Source: Heteronotia binoei
Taxonomy: Eukaryota
Assembly: GCF_032191835.1 (NCBI RefSeq)
Contig: NC_083227.1
Location: 167,214,001-167,278,000, forward strand
Length of the DNA stretch: 64,000 nt
Direction: 5' to 3'
The notes under the pieces are model-generated. The model worked only from the letters and a program-made list of their open reading frames with translations. It was not told the DNA's origin and did no database searches. Positions 1-10,931 of this stretch are shown here, one piece after another. Each line of letters begins with the position of its first letter. Positions within the stretch are counted from its first letter, which is position 1. The position numbers and the translations under genes are program-made.

Positions 1-307
1 CCTGTGTATCTAGAGATTGGGCGGGGGGGGGGGGGGTCAAATGAGAATGAGAAGAACATTTCTCCAATATAGGACAGCCAATCTGATATAATTACGGTTC
101 CCGTAAGTCAAGATACATGGGGAGCAACATCAGACTTTATTATTGATTTTAGAAAATTTTTATGCCACCTATTCAGAAACCTGCCTGAGCTCAGCAGCTT
201 AGAAGAACTAAATTGGCAGGCAGTGCAGATCTTTCAGCACTGGATTGACTGATCCAGTCCCTGCATCGTGTCCTGACAATAGTAGGGCTTCTGCATTTAT
301 TACTCAC

Positions 308-416
308 TCTCCCAACATCTCGCCGGTGTCCTTGTCCAGCAAGCGTAGTGTGGAGTCCAAAGCAGCAGTCAGCGTACATTGTCCGTCTTTGCTGAAACAC
401 ACGCAAGTGATGGGAC
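308..416 (-). CDS. WDR83: WDR83 coding exon 7 (109 nt); gene continues beyond left edge of window
   Basis: ttatag|GT CCC ATC ACT TGC... encodes PITCVCFSKDGQCTLTAALDSTLRLLDKDTGEMLGE and ends GA|gtgagt; matches human WDR83 PITCTCFSRDGQCTLVSSLDSTLRLLDKDTGELLGE. Confidence 0.95.
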
Positions 417-778
417 CTATAATAAGAATTAACGGTGTTGAGTCCCATCATTTCAAGTGTGTATACACATGTGTGCGTGTAGGGAGGAGAAAGACAGTGA
501 GCAAAGCCTTTGAAATGTGCTCCTAGGACTGTGATGGCATTTTGCCCAGGGCCAAAAATTTCAAAGGAAAACACACAGGGATAGGGGCTTGCAGGGATCA
601 AGTCAACTGCATTCTGTCTGGAGTAGATGAAAGACGTGGCTTCACAACAACCCTTCATGCTGAATCTGCACTAAGTCTACTGAACAGAACAGAGACAGCC
701 AGTGCTGCTTCTACAACACGGAGTCAGAGACAAATAACAAGAGGCACCAAATTTGCAGATGGAGTTCAGTGTACTCAC

Positions 779-846
779 TTCCAATATAGTCCGAGCAGAG
801 CTCCCCAGCGCGTAAGTCATAACGTCGGACACGTCCATCTACAGAA
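779..846 (-). CDS. WDR83: WDR83 coding exon 6, canonical copy (68 nt)
   Basis: ctcag|T TCT GTA GAT... encodes SVDGRVRRYDLRAGELCSDYIG; strong donor A|gtgagt; phase fits neighbouring exons. Confidence 0.93.
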
Positions 847-886
847 CTGAGAAAGGAGAGGCATTGTTAATTAACCAGGATAGTCA

Positions 887-1104
887 GGGATGAACGGTGG
901 CTCAGCGGTAGAGCATTTGTTTGGTAAGCAGAAGGTCCCAGGTTCAGTCCCTGGGATCTCCAACTAAAAAGGGTCCAGGCAAATAGGCATGAAAAACCTC
1001 AGCTTGAGACCCTGGAGAGCCACTGCCAGTCTGAGTAGACAATACTGACTTTGATGGACCCAGGAGGGTCTGATTTAGTAGAAGGCAGCTTCATATGTTC
1101 ATAT
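887..1104 (+). mobile_element. tRNA-derived SINE (Squam3-like), full length
   Basis: A-box tggctcagcgg, B-box ggttcagtcc, body aaagggtccaggcaaatagg..., tail catatgttca; many copies in the window. Confidence 0.85.
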
Positions 1105-1167
1105 TAAAGATTTTGGGAGGGACAGTGGTGGAGCATTTGCTTGGTAAGCAGAAAGTCCCAGGTTCAC

Positions 1168-1235
1168 TTCCAATGTAGTCTGAGCAGAGCTCCCCAGCGT
1201 GTAAGTCATAACGTCGGACACGTCCATCTACAGAA
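1168..1235 (-). other. WDR83: Duplicated copy of WDR83 coding exon 6 (alternative, poison or pseudo-exon)
   Basis: 68 nt with 3 substitutions versus 779-846 (CGC>CAC R>H, TCG>TCA, TAT>TAC); acceptor ttcttag intact; donor A|gtgaac is weaker. Confidence 0.85.
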
Positions 1236-1388
1236 CTAAGAAAGGAGATGCATTGGTAATTAACCAGGATAGTCAAGGATGGATGCTGGCTCATCGCCAA
1301 CTAAAAAGGGTCCAGGCAAGTAGGTGTGAAAAACCTCCGCTTGAGACCCTGGAGAGCTGCTGCCAGTCTGAGTAAACAATACTGACTA

Positions 1389-1661
1389 AGAATATAAGAG
1401 AAGCCGCCATGTTGGATCAGGCCAAAGGCCCATCCAGTCCAACATTCTGTGTCACACAGTGGCCAAAAAACAAAAACAAAAAAACAGGTGCCATCAGGAG
1501 GTCCATCAGTGGGGCCAGGACACTAGAATACTGTTGCCCCTTCCAAGCACCAAGAATACAGAGCATCAATTGTCCCAGAGTTCCAACAATACGCTGTGGC
1601 TAATAGCCACTGATGGACCTCTGCTCCAAATGTTTATCCAATCCCCTCTTGAAGCTGGCTA
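1389..1661 (-). mobile_element. CR1 LINE 3' UTR fragment
   Basis: Same 3' end (aagaacataagagaagccatgttggatcagg-like) as the CR1 copies at 6333, 21240 and 39533. Confidence 0.8.
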
Positions 1662-1721
1662 TAAGAACCAGAACTAGAAGACTTTGATTGACTGAGGATC
1701 TGAGTCAGTATAAGGCAGCTT

Positions 1722-1763
<42 letters not shown>

Positions 1764-1769
1764 CACAAA

Positions 1770-3023
1770 CAGTATGTCACAGAAGTGAGTACACCCCCTC
1801 ACATTTTGTAAATATTTAAGTATATCTTTTCATGTGACAACACTGAAGAAATGACACTTGGCTACAATGTAAAGTAGTGAGTCTACAGCTTGCATAACAG
1901 TGTAAATGTGCTGTCCCCTCAAAATTACGCAACTCACAGCCATTAATGTCTAAACTGCTGGCAACAAAACTGAGTACACCCCTAAGTGATAATGTCCAAA
2001 TGGGGCCCAAATTGTCAATAATTTGTGTGGCCACCATTATTTTCCAGCACTGCCTTAACCCTCTTGGGTATAGAGTTCACCAGGGCTTCACAGGTTGCCA
2101 CTGGAGTCCTCTTCCACTCCTCCATGACGTCACGTAGCTGGTGGATGTTAGAGACCTTGCGCACCTCCACCTTCCGTTTCAGGATGCCCCACAGATGCTC
2201 AATAGGATTTAGGTCTGGAGACATGCTTGGCCAGTCCATCACCTTTACCCTCAGCTTATTTAGCAAGGCAGTGGTCGTTTTGGAGGTGTGTTTGGGGTCG
2301 TAATCATGTTGGAATACTGCCCTGCGGCCCAGTCTCCGAAGGGAGGGAATCATGCTTTGCTTCAGTATATCACAGTACATGTTGGCATTCATGGTTCCCT
2401 CAATGAACTGTAGCTCCCCAGCGCCGGCAGCAGTCATGCAGCCCTAGACCATGACGTTCCCACCACCATGCTTGATGTAGGCAAGACACACTTGCCTTTT
2501 ACACCTGGTTGCCGCCAGGTGATACGCTTGACACCATCTGAACCAAATAAGTTTATCTTGGTCTCATCGGACCACAGGACATGGTTCCAGAAATCCATGT
2601 CCTTAGTCTGCTTGTCTGCAGCAAACCGTTTGCGGGCTTTCTTGTGCATCATCTTTAGAAGAGGCTTCCTTCTGGGACGACAGCCCTGCGGACCAATTTG
2701 ATGCACCGTGTGGCGTACGGTCTGAGCACTGACAGGCTGGCCCCCCACCCCTTCAACCTCTGTAGCAACACACCTCCAAAACTTTGCGCCCATTTGGACA
2801 TTATCACTTAGGGGTGTATTCACTTTTGTTGCCAGCAGTTTAGACATTAATGGCTGTGAGTTGCGTAATTTTGAGGGGACAGCACATTTACACTGTTATA
2901 CAAGCTGTAGACTCACTACTTTGCATTGTAGCCAAGTGTCATTTCTTCAGTGTTGTCACATGAAAAGATATACTTAAATATTTACAAAATGTGAGGGGGT
3001 GTACTCACTTCTGTGACATACTG
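1770..3023 (-). mobile_element. Tc1-like DNA transposon, long TIRs (about 240 bp), degenerate transposase
   Basis: TIR cagtatgtcacagaagtgagtacacccc... mirrored at 3023; minus-strand ORFs contain VLWSDETKINLFGSDG, QHDYDPKHTS and WPSMSPDLNPIEHLW (DDE motifs); frameshifted and internally deleted; flanked by CA/TA/TC microsatellites. Confidence 0.93.
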
Positions 3024-3037
3024 TGTGTGCGTGTGCG

Positions 3038-3088
<51 letters not shown>

Positions 3089-4478
3089 GATAGTAAATTC
3101 AGTACTATAAGCCCTCTAATTCTAAAATTACAGACCATAAATGTTGAGATGGGGGAAAAAAACTGCTGCATATATTTACTGTTTGCAACTTTTATACAAA
3201 TGTGTATAAATTGCAAATTTTGCAAAAAGTCTACATGCAGAGCTAATCTGTTGGTGAAATATAACAGGTCTTTGTGATCATTTTGAGCAATTTAAGCGGA
3301 AAGGGCGGGGGGGGAGCTAAGAGGAGGGAGGAGCAGCACTTGCTAAGTAAAAATATTCCCATGATCACCCAAGACTGCAGTTCAACTCATTCCTCACGTG
3401 AGTAAAATGCATCTTCTGCGAGTTGCCAAAGCTGGCCAGGCAGAAGGCAGGAGTGGGGCCCTGCCAATAGAGAGCCCCTAAAGGACCACTAAAGAATGCA
3501 ACAGAATCTTTATTTTTTGCTTGGTTCTTCTCCCACTACTCCATGTGGAGGGGTGGGGACTTCAGCTGAGCATTTTGGGCAGGGCGCAGGCTTGAGTCTA
3601 GGGAACACTGCATAGAGAGAAAACTTTTTACTTGGTCAAGAATGGCAAAGCAGAAAATAATAAACATGAATAGATAACCTGAAAACGGAAGACAAGAAAC
3701 AAAGAACATTCCAGAAAGCAAAACATTTGCTCCAAGGACTAGGCCAGAGTTGTCAAACATGTGGCCTGCGGGACAGATCCGGCCCCTGCAGGGTTGGTAT
3801 CCATTCCGCAAGAAGCTGGCTCTCTTCTGCTTCCTTCTCCTGGCTGCTACTGCTGCTGTGTCGTCAAACCTCTACTCCTCCTTTAGGACAAAGAGAGAGG
3901 CCATGCACACCAGAAAAAAGCTCCCTCTGTTCTCTCCTGCTTCCTCCTCTGGGGCTGCTGCTGCTGCATTGCCAAGCCTCTCTTCGCTCCTTTGAGGAGG
4001 AAGCAAGGGAGAAGGAAAAAGAGAGCAAGAGTGCACCAGAGAAAAGCTCCCTCAATACTCTTTCCAGCTTCCTCCTCAAAGGAGGAAAGTAACAAAACTG
4101 AGGCCATTTGGTACCCAAATGCCATGAACTGTCAGCTAAAATTCGGAAGTAATTTGTTTTTGACAGTGGGCAGAGGGGGAAACAGCCTGTCATGTAACGG
4201 CTGGGCAAACGGTGGATTGGATCAAGCCTTTTGTTTAAAAGAGCTTGTAGTTTAAAAAGTTGTTCAAAGGTTTATTATGTGAACAAAAATTTAAAGTAAC
4301 CTTTTTTATTGGAAAGGAATGTAAAAAAACAACAGAGCAACAAATACATTAAAGGTGTTTACTGATCTGCACTCATCTCCTCGGATTTCTTAGCATTTAG
4401 TAGAAACTGACCTGCATAAAAAGCCAAAATTCTAAAATATGTATATGCTACAAAATTGTATGTTAAAAGATAATATTT

Positions 4479-4820
4479 TGAACATATGAAGCTGCCTTAT
4501 ACTGAATCAGACCCCTGGTCCATCAAAGTCAGTCTTGTCTTCTCAGACTGGCAGCGGCTCTCCAGGGTCTCAAGCTGAGGATTTTCACACCTATTTGCCT
4601 GGACCCTTTTTTTGGAGATGCCAGGGATTGAACCTGCGACCTTCTGCTTCCCAAGCAGATGCTCTACCACTGAGCCACAGTCCCATTCATGGCTCTCCAG
4701 GGTCTCAAGCTGAGGTTTTTCACACCTATTTGCCTGGACCCTTTTTTGGAGATGCCGGGGATTGAACCTGGGACCTTCTGCCTACCAAGCAGAAGCTCTA
4801 CCACTGAGCCACTGCCCCTC
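4479..4820 (-). mobile_element. Squam3-like SINE dimer
   Basis: One tail and two tRNA-like heads in tandem. Confidence 0.85.
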
Positions 4821-5031
4821 GACTGCCCTTTTGAATGCTGTATTCCAGTTTCACTCATATGAGTCATTGTCTCCCAACCCCCTGGTTCTCCTAGCCTGCT
4901 ATAGATGAGCCAAAAGGGCCTGGGAGTGTTTCATAGGTTCCATGAGAGTTAAGAGTTTGGTTAGTTCTCAGCAGAGCAAGCAATTTGTTTTCTCCAGCTC
5001 CAGACAGCTCTTCCACCTTATTTCTCCTCAC

Positions 5032-5158
5032 CCTGTAAGGATTTCATGATCGGACACTTTCAGACTGGAGATGCCATCTTTGGCCTCATCGAGTATCTGG
5101 ATGGGATTCGGTCTGCGTGAACGGCAGTCCCAGCAGCGGACGCTGGAGTCAATAGATC
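5032..5158 (-). CDS. WDR83: WDR83 coding exon 5 (127 nt)
   Basis: ctgcag|GA TCT ATT GAC... encodes SIDSSVRCWDCRSRRPNPIQILDEAKDGISSLKVSDHEILTG; ends GG|gtgagg. Confidence 0.95.
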
Positions 5159-5255
5159 CTGCAGGACCACAAACAAACAAGCAAACCTCCCAACTAGATA
5201 AAACCAGGAAACCAATTATCTGGAAACAACTGCCAAGGAAAGAAGCATTCTTTAC

Positions 5256-5304
5256 CTGACAAGATCACAGTAGCCTCTTCATTGAACTGGACACAGTTTA
5301 CCTT
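5256..5304 (-). CDS. WDR83: WDR83 coding exon 4 (49 nt)
   Basis: gcag|AAG GTA AAC TGT... encodes KVNCVQFNEEATVILS; ends G|gtaaag. Confidence 0.95.
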
Positions 5305-5959
5305 CTGCCCAACAACAGACAGGAAGAGATTAGGGACAAGTGCTTCCCCAAAGGCTACATATGAAATTCCTTATCCTGCGAATCAGACTCAAGTACACTT
5401 TTGAGTATGACCTTTTGTAAAAGTCATTTCTTACTTTCCTTCTCACTGATCCCTTCAACCCTTCATACTTGTGTTATTCCTACAGATCTCTAGCCACCAG
5501 TACTCATCCCATTACATAATGTTAACATACAAAGTACTCTTACAGGCAACACAGAGTAACTTTTAATTTCACCCTCAACTAGCAAAGCAACTGGTATCTT
5601 TTTTTGTGGGGGAGATGGTCACAGATAGCCCATGCTCTCTGTACCTATGTTCTCAGTTTCATTGTCTAAATCTCTCAGTGTGTTTAAGTAGCCTGGAAAT
5701 CCCACAAAAGGCTTAAATTATCCTTAAAACTCTCTCTGTCTCCTCCATACACACCTCTTCCATGGTAATGGACAATGGGTCAGCAATATCATGTGCATTC
5801 TAAGGCTATGGTTTTCAAAGAGACAAAATCACTAACACAGCCTGATCTAGCAAGACGGTACAGAGCTATTAACCTTCATGGAAAGGCCAGAGGAATTCAC
5901 TTCTTTAAACATAAGAGTGGAGATTTCCCAGAACCCAAAAAGGACAGAACACGTCTTAC

Positions 5960-6065
5960 TCCTGCATGGCCACGGAACTTGCGAATCACCTGACCTGTAG
6001 CCACATCCCATAGCACAACAGTCTTGTCTGATCCGCATGAGCATAGCTGGCTGTTGTCAAATGAC
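5960..6065 (-). CDS. WDR83: WDR83 coding exon 3 (106 nt)
   Basis: catag|G TCA TTT GAC... encodes SFDNSQLCSCGSDKTVVLWDVATGQVIRKFRGHAG; ends |gtaaga. Confidence 0.95.
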
Positions 6066-6332
6066 CTATGGCAGAAGAGAAACAGAGGAGGGGTAACAGC
6101 ACCAACAGAAATGTCATTTCTTGGGTTTCAACATCTCCTACTCTAATTCAAAGGAAGCCAAGTCCCAAAGTTCTCTCAACTGAACAGAGACAGCACAGAA
6201 TTCAGCAGTAGGTACAAAATTCTGACAGAGCATCATTTTTTTTAAAGTCACAAAAGTAGGAAATATAGATTTGAATGTGTATATGGAGGGGCCCACAGAA
6301 GAAAGCGAATGGTTATATCACAAACTAGGCAT

Positions 6333-7143
6333 AACATAAGAACATAAGAGAAGCCATGTTGGATCAGGCCAACGGCCCATCAAGTCCAACACTCTGTGTC
6401 ACACAGTGGCAAAAATTTTATATACACACATACACTGTGGCTAATAGCCACTGATGGACCTGTGCTCCATATTTTTATCTAAACCCTTCTTGAAGGTGGC
6501 TATACTTGAGGCCGCCACCACCTCCTGTGGCAGTGAATTCCACATGTTAATCACCCTTTGGGTGAAGAAGTACTTCCTTTTATCCGTTTTAACCTGTCTG
6601 CTCAGCAATTTCATCGAATGCCCACGAGTTCTTGTATTGTGAGAAAGGGAGAAAAGTACCTCTTTCTCTACTTTCTCCATCCCATGCATTATCTTGTAAA
6701 CCTCTATCATGTCACCCCGCAGTCGACGTTTCTCCAAGCTAAAGAGTCCCAAGCGTTTCAACCTTTCTTCATAGAGAAAGTGTTCCAGCCCTTTAATCAT
6801 TCTAGTTGCCCTTTTCTGGACTTTCTCCAATGCTATAATATCCTTTTTGAGGTGCGGCGACCAGAACTGCACACAGTACTCCAAATGAGACCGCACCATC
6901 GATTTATACAGGGGCATTATGATGCTGGCTGATTTGTTTTCAGTTCCCTTCCTAATCATTCCCAGCATGGCGTTGGCCTTTTTTATTGCAATCGCACACA
7001 GTCTTGACATTTTCAGTGAGTTATCTACCACGACCCCAAGATCTCTCTCTTGGTCAGTCTCTGCCAGTTCACACCCCATCAACTTATATTTGTAGCTGGG
7101 ATTCTTGGCCCCAATGTGCATTACTTTGCACTTGGCCACATTG
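6333..7143 (-). mobile_element. CR1 LINE, 5'-truncated (RT C-terminus + 3'UTR)
   Basis: ORF 6441-7139 KCKVMHIG...ERDLGVVVD...RLRGDMIEVYKI is a typical CR1 ORF2 end; (tatgttct)n-type tail. Confidence 0.92.
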
Positions 7144-8094
7144 GCATATTAGGCATATTAACACAACATTCATATATATATATTTTTTAATTTTCTCTTG
7201 GTGAATCCTGCATAGCAAAAGTACATTTTACTGTATCTGATAATGCTTGTTACAATTTGTTAGTCTTAAATTAATTAGTCAATTAATTTGTTAGTCTTAA
7301 AAGCAAAACAGGACTTCCTTTTTTGGTGATCAGTGGGTAGCATTAGGGCAAGGGTTCCAAACCTTTTGAGCCTGCAGATACGTTTGGCATTTTGAGAAGG
7401 GGGTAAGGAGCCATCTCAAAATGGCTGCCACAGGAGGGTGAGAAAAAACCTCATTGGCTCCTGCAGGAGATGAAGCCCTTGCTCCAAATGAAGAACTGGG
7501 AAGGTGGTGCACAGGTGTGCAATACAGATCCACACAATTATGAAGGAAAGGCTTACCAATCCTCCTGCTCCCTCAGTGGGAAAACTCACTTGCATGAATC
7601 AGGGCGACCAATAAAAAGCCCTGATTACAACAGTCCCGCCTATTTTCACAGCTGTCTGTCTCACCTGGTTAAATAGCAGGGATAAAACATATTTTTCAAA
7701 GTAAAAATAAAGATTGGATCCTGTCTATAATTTCTGCAGGTACAAAAGGAAGTGCAGTTTTTGCAGATTCCCTTCCCCTGCAGCAGACCAAAGCAATCCT
7801 AAAGATGCTGCTCCTGAGAGACAGGTGAATCTGGTGTTTCATATGGGTGGTGGGGGCACTATGGAAATTTTAAGTGGGATCCAAGCCTATGAACATATAT
7901 CTGCTTAATTTGCCCAATACTAAGATCACAGGTTTCGGCTTTTTAACACTGCAGATTTTTATACACAGCCCTGTCCTCTCGAAGCTATGGACAAAGCACA
8001 AAAACGATGATTTAACCTAAACAAGGGGATGCTGAACATCTCATTATTCCACAGCAAATGTCCTTTCCTTCTCTAACAGAAGTTGATCTCTTAC

Positions 8095-8215
8095 CCTGCT
8101 GCATCCAGCACCTCGTAGCCATGGCCACTGTATGTCTTGAGGAGAGTCCCTTTGTGGGGGTTCCAGAGCTTGAGTGACTTGTCACTGCCACAACTAAGAC
8201 AATAATTCCCATCCA
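8095..8215 (-). CDS. WDR83: WDR83 coding exon 2 (121 nt)
   Basis: ccaag|TG GAT GGG... encodes DGNYCLSCGSDKSLKLWNPHKGTLLKTYSGHGYEVLDAAG; ends GG|gtaaga. Confidence 0.95.
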
Positions 8216-8708
8216 CTTGGGGAAAGAGAGACAAGGGCTAAGAATCACTACGTTTCTGCTACATCAAGCAACTGAGTACAAGTTCAAAACCAGCTTTGTC
8301 GTTTAAGTTAAACAAGCAAAACAAAACAAATGCTGCATCGCTTGGCAAAATAAACTAGGCCCAGGTCAAATCTCCTCCCTTTTACTTCCTCATTTCTGTG
8401 CTACCAGACTTGTCTCCCAATACGGAGTACGTCCACAGCTGTTATTACTAAGAACACCACAAGTCATGTTACAGCCTACAATATTATTTGAGTTACACAG
8501 ACCGAACCATTCCCACACAGTCAAAAACCTTTTTCTCAGCATCTCCTCCCATCCATTGCAATAGCTTTCTTGGACAAATCACTAAAAACCTGGGGTCACA
8601 TCACACAGTAGATCTCAGTTTCCTTGTAGACCATAAAAAAGCCTCTCTTTCCTAGCTTCTTCAGCCCTAACAATTATGTATGAATGCAGGATTGAAGAAT
8701 GCACTCAC

Positions 8709-8811
8709 CATTAAACCTTATAGCTCTGACAGCTCCCTGTTTACATTGCAATGTGCCCAGCAGTTTCTTAGGCAGCTCAGGTTTCTTTGGTTTTGGCTCT
8801 GGAAAAGCCAT
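8709..8811 (-). CDS. WDR83: WDR83 first coding exon (ATG at 8811; 103 coding nt)
   Basis: Encodes MAFPEPKPKKPELPKKLLGTLQCKQGAVRAIRFN and ends G|gtgagt; human N-terminus is MAFPEPKPRPPELPQKRLKTLDCGQGAVRAVRFN. Confidence 0.95.
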
Positions 8812-9127
8812 TAGGAAGAAAAGTGACTGGTTTCACACATACGTTGCGAGCGATGCTCCCATACACTTGATGACAAAGCAACATCCACGAAAGTTTCATG
8901 CACCATGAATATCTCAGACTGGATCGAACGGTTAGGAATGTTTTGCTTCTGGTAGATTTTTCATCTTGGAACACCACCTTATTACAAAACAAACATACCA
9001 CAGGGATCAAAATAAATCCTCAGCTCTAACCCCCAATCAAGCTACAATTTTCCTTACAGTGGTGAATAGGATTAGAGGCAATGCATCTCAAGAAAGTAAA
9101 AATGGCAAAGGAGTATCTGCTCCAGAC

Positions 9128-9853
9128 TAGAGATGTAAAATTTCTGGAATTTTCTGGGAAAAACTGAAAAATTTTGGAAAAATTTGAAAAAATGCTACAT
9201 TAGCACTTCTTTTTTCTTTTCCAGATTAAAAGACATTCTGTTACTTTAGGAACATAAAATATGACTATGGACAATTTTACTTGGCATGAAATTATCACAA
9301 CTAGCATATTAAAAATACAGTGCATCCAAACAATTATTACAAACAGAATTTACTTTTTAAAAGAATATTTATTTGTAATTGTAACAAATGGAGCAACAAT
9401 CTCCTGAACTGTTAACTAGTTTGTGGAAAAGACCCAGAAAACCTCCACAAAACAATTTTTAAAAATCCAGAAGTAACAATTATTCATATTTCCTCTCCAG
9501 AGTATTAAATTTAAAAAAACACCTCATTCTCATAAAACGAATTGCAGAGGGGGCGGGGGCCTGTATAGAAGGGAGTGTAGTTTCAATGAATGGGCATGAC
9601 CTACAACTTGCTTGTCCTCAGTGCACAGAAATTAGAATAATCTGATACCATACAGATTTTTTAGAAATGATTTGGAAAATATTTGAACATCTTGTCTTAA
9701 AACATTTTATTCATCATGTTAAAATTAAACACCCCATAACCATTTTTTTTTTTTTACTTTTAAAATTTTTCCAGAAAAAAAAAGGTTTCAGGGGAAAAAA
9801 CGGGGGGAAAAAACCGGTTTTCAGGTCCCCCCCCCCCTGCTTTCACATCTCTC
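9128..9853. mobile_element. AT-rich hAT-type MITE
   Basis: TIRs tagagatgtaaaa / tttcacatctctc; flanking 8-mers ctccagac / ctccagat (7/8 TSD match). Confidence 0.6.
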
Positions 9854-10201
9854 CTCCAGATCGCCTCATGTTGCCTTATATCGGTCAGTCATCTAGATCC
9901 TCTTCCCACCATCCTGCTCCAAACTAGTTTACAACATTTTTGTACACATTTCATACATATCTAGGATGTCTTCTTATATTTTTCGGGAATTCCCTGAGAA
10001 CTCTCCCTTTACCCCAATTTCCCCACTCTATAACCAGCTGAAGCCAACTATATGACCTTTCTACAGATATTTTCCAACAGACCCAAGCTCTAGTAGAGAA
10101 TATTCTAATTGCCACCTTTCTAAAAGGCTTTCTTAAACCTTTAATGCCTTCTGCAACCCATCTCTAACCAAGGAGCGAGGGGAACTCCAGGAAGCCCACA
10201 A

Positions 10202-10292
10202 GGCTCCTTAGAGGGCGCAAGGACCACTTCCGCTTTTCCTCCGCGGCTCCTTAGAGGGCGCAAGGACCACTTCCGCTTTTCCTCCGCGGCTC
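10202..10292 (+). repeat. Perfect 43-bp tandem duplication (about 2.1 copies) in promoter
   Basis: ggctccttagagggcgcaaggaccacttccgcttttcctccgc starts at 10202 and 10245, with a partial copy at 10288. Confidence 0.95.
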
Positions 10293-10561
10293 TTCTCTCT
10301 CCCCTCCTTTCGTTTCAGTAGAGCAACCGCGGATCTTTTCCCCAGAAAAGCCTGTTCCAAAGTTATCTGGATCGGTAGCGGCGAGGGAATGAAACGAACC
10401 GGGACTCCGGGGGCGTCGGCGTCCGAGGTCGCGTCACCTTCGCGGAACCAAAGCTCTGGAGCGCTGAGGTGTTACAACGTTTGTCGCCCCCCACGCGCTG
10501 ACCGGAAGCGGAAGTGGGAGCGGCTGGAGAGGCTGTCTGGAGCCGCTTGGGACGGGCTGGG

Positions 10562-10611
10562 ATGTCCAGCAATAACATGGCGGACCCGCGGCGACCTAAC
10601 CGCGTGCTCAG
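10562..10611 (+). CDS. WDR83OS: WDR83OS (Asterix, PAT complex subunit) exon 1 CDS (50 nt)
   Basis: Encodes MSSNNMADPRRPNRVL; ends AG|gtgagt; human is MSTNNMSDPRRPNKVLR. Confidence 0.95.
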
Positions 10612-10931
10612 GTGAGTCACGATCCGGCCTTCGGTACGGTTGAGGCAGCTGCCCGACGAGGGTGCGAGAGCCGCGCCGCGCAGGAGGTGTTGCGTTGAAG
10701 TGGCCCGGAAGGGGGCGCTGAGGTGCGGGGAAGAAGGGGGCCGGAGCAGTCGGCCTTGCCCTAGAAAGCAGCGTTGGAGCGGACGGAGCAGCGACACAGT
10801 AGGGCAAGCGGTGACGGAAGCCTGAGGGGGCTTATCTTAAAGACCGAAGTGAATTCTAGAGTCACGGTTCAAAGGCAATAGTGATATCCAGGCTACGCTA
10901 TATAGGTGGCGTGACTGTGTGTAGGTGGTGT

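Larger units (their letters stand above)
10180..10830. promoter_or_regulatory. CpG-island bidirectional promoter of WDR83 / WDR83OS
   Basis: CpG-dense; tandem ETS motifs CCGGAAGCGGAAGT at 10502-10515; contains WDR83OS exon 1 and a candidate minus-strand donor AAG|gtgacg at 10438/10437 for a WDR83 5'UTR exon. Confidence 0.8.

Noticed and set aside
887-965. tRNA gene calls for the many GCTCAGTGGTAGAGC...GGTTCAATCC sequences
   Set aside because: They continue into a shared SINE body and tail and occur in many diverged copies; they are SINE heads, not tRNA genes.
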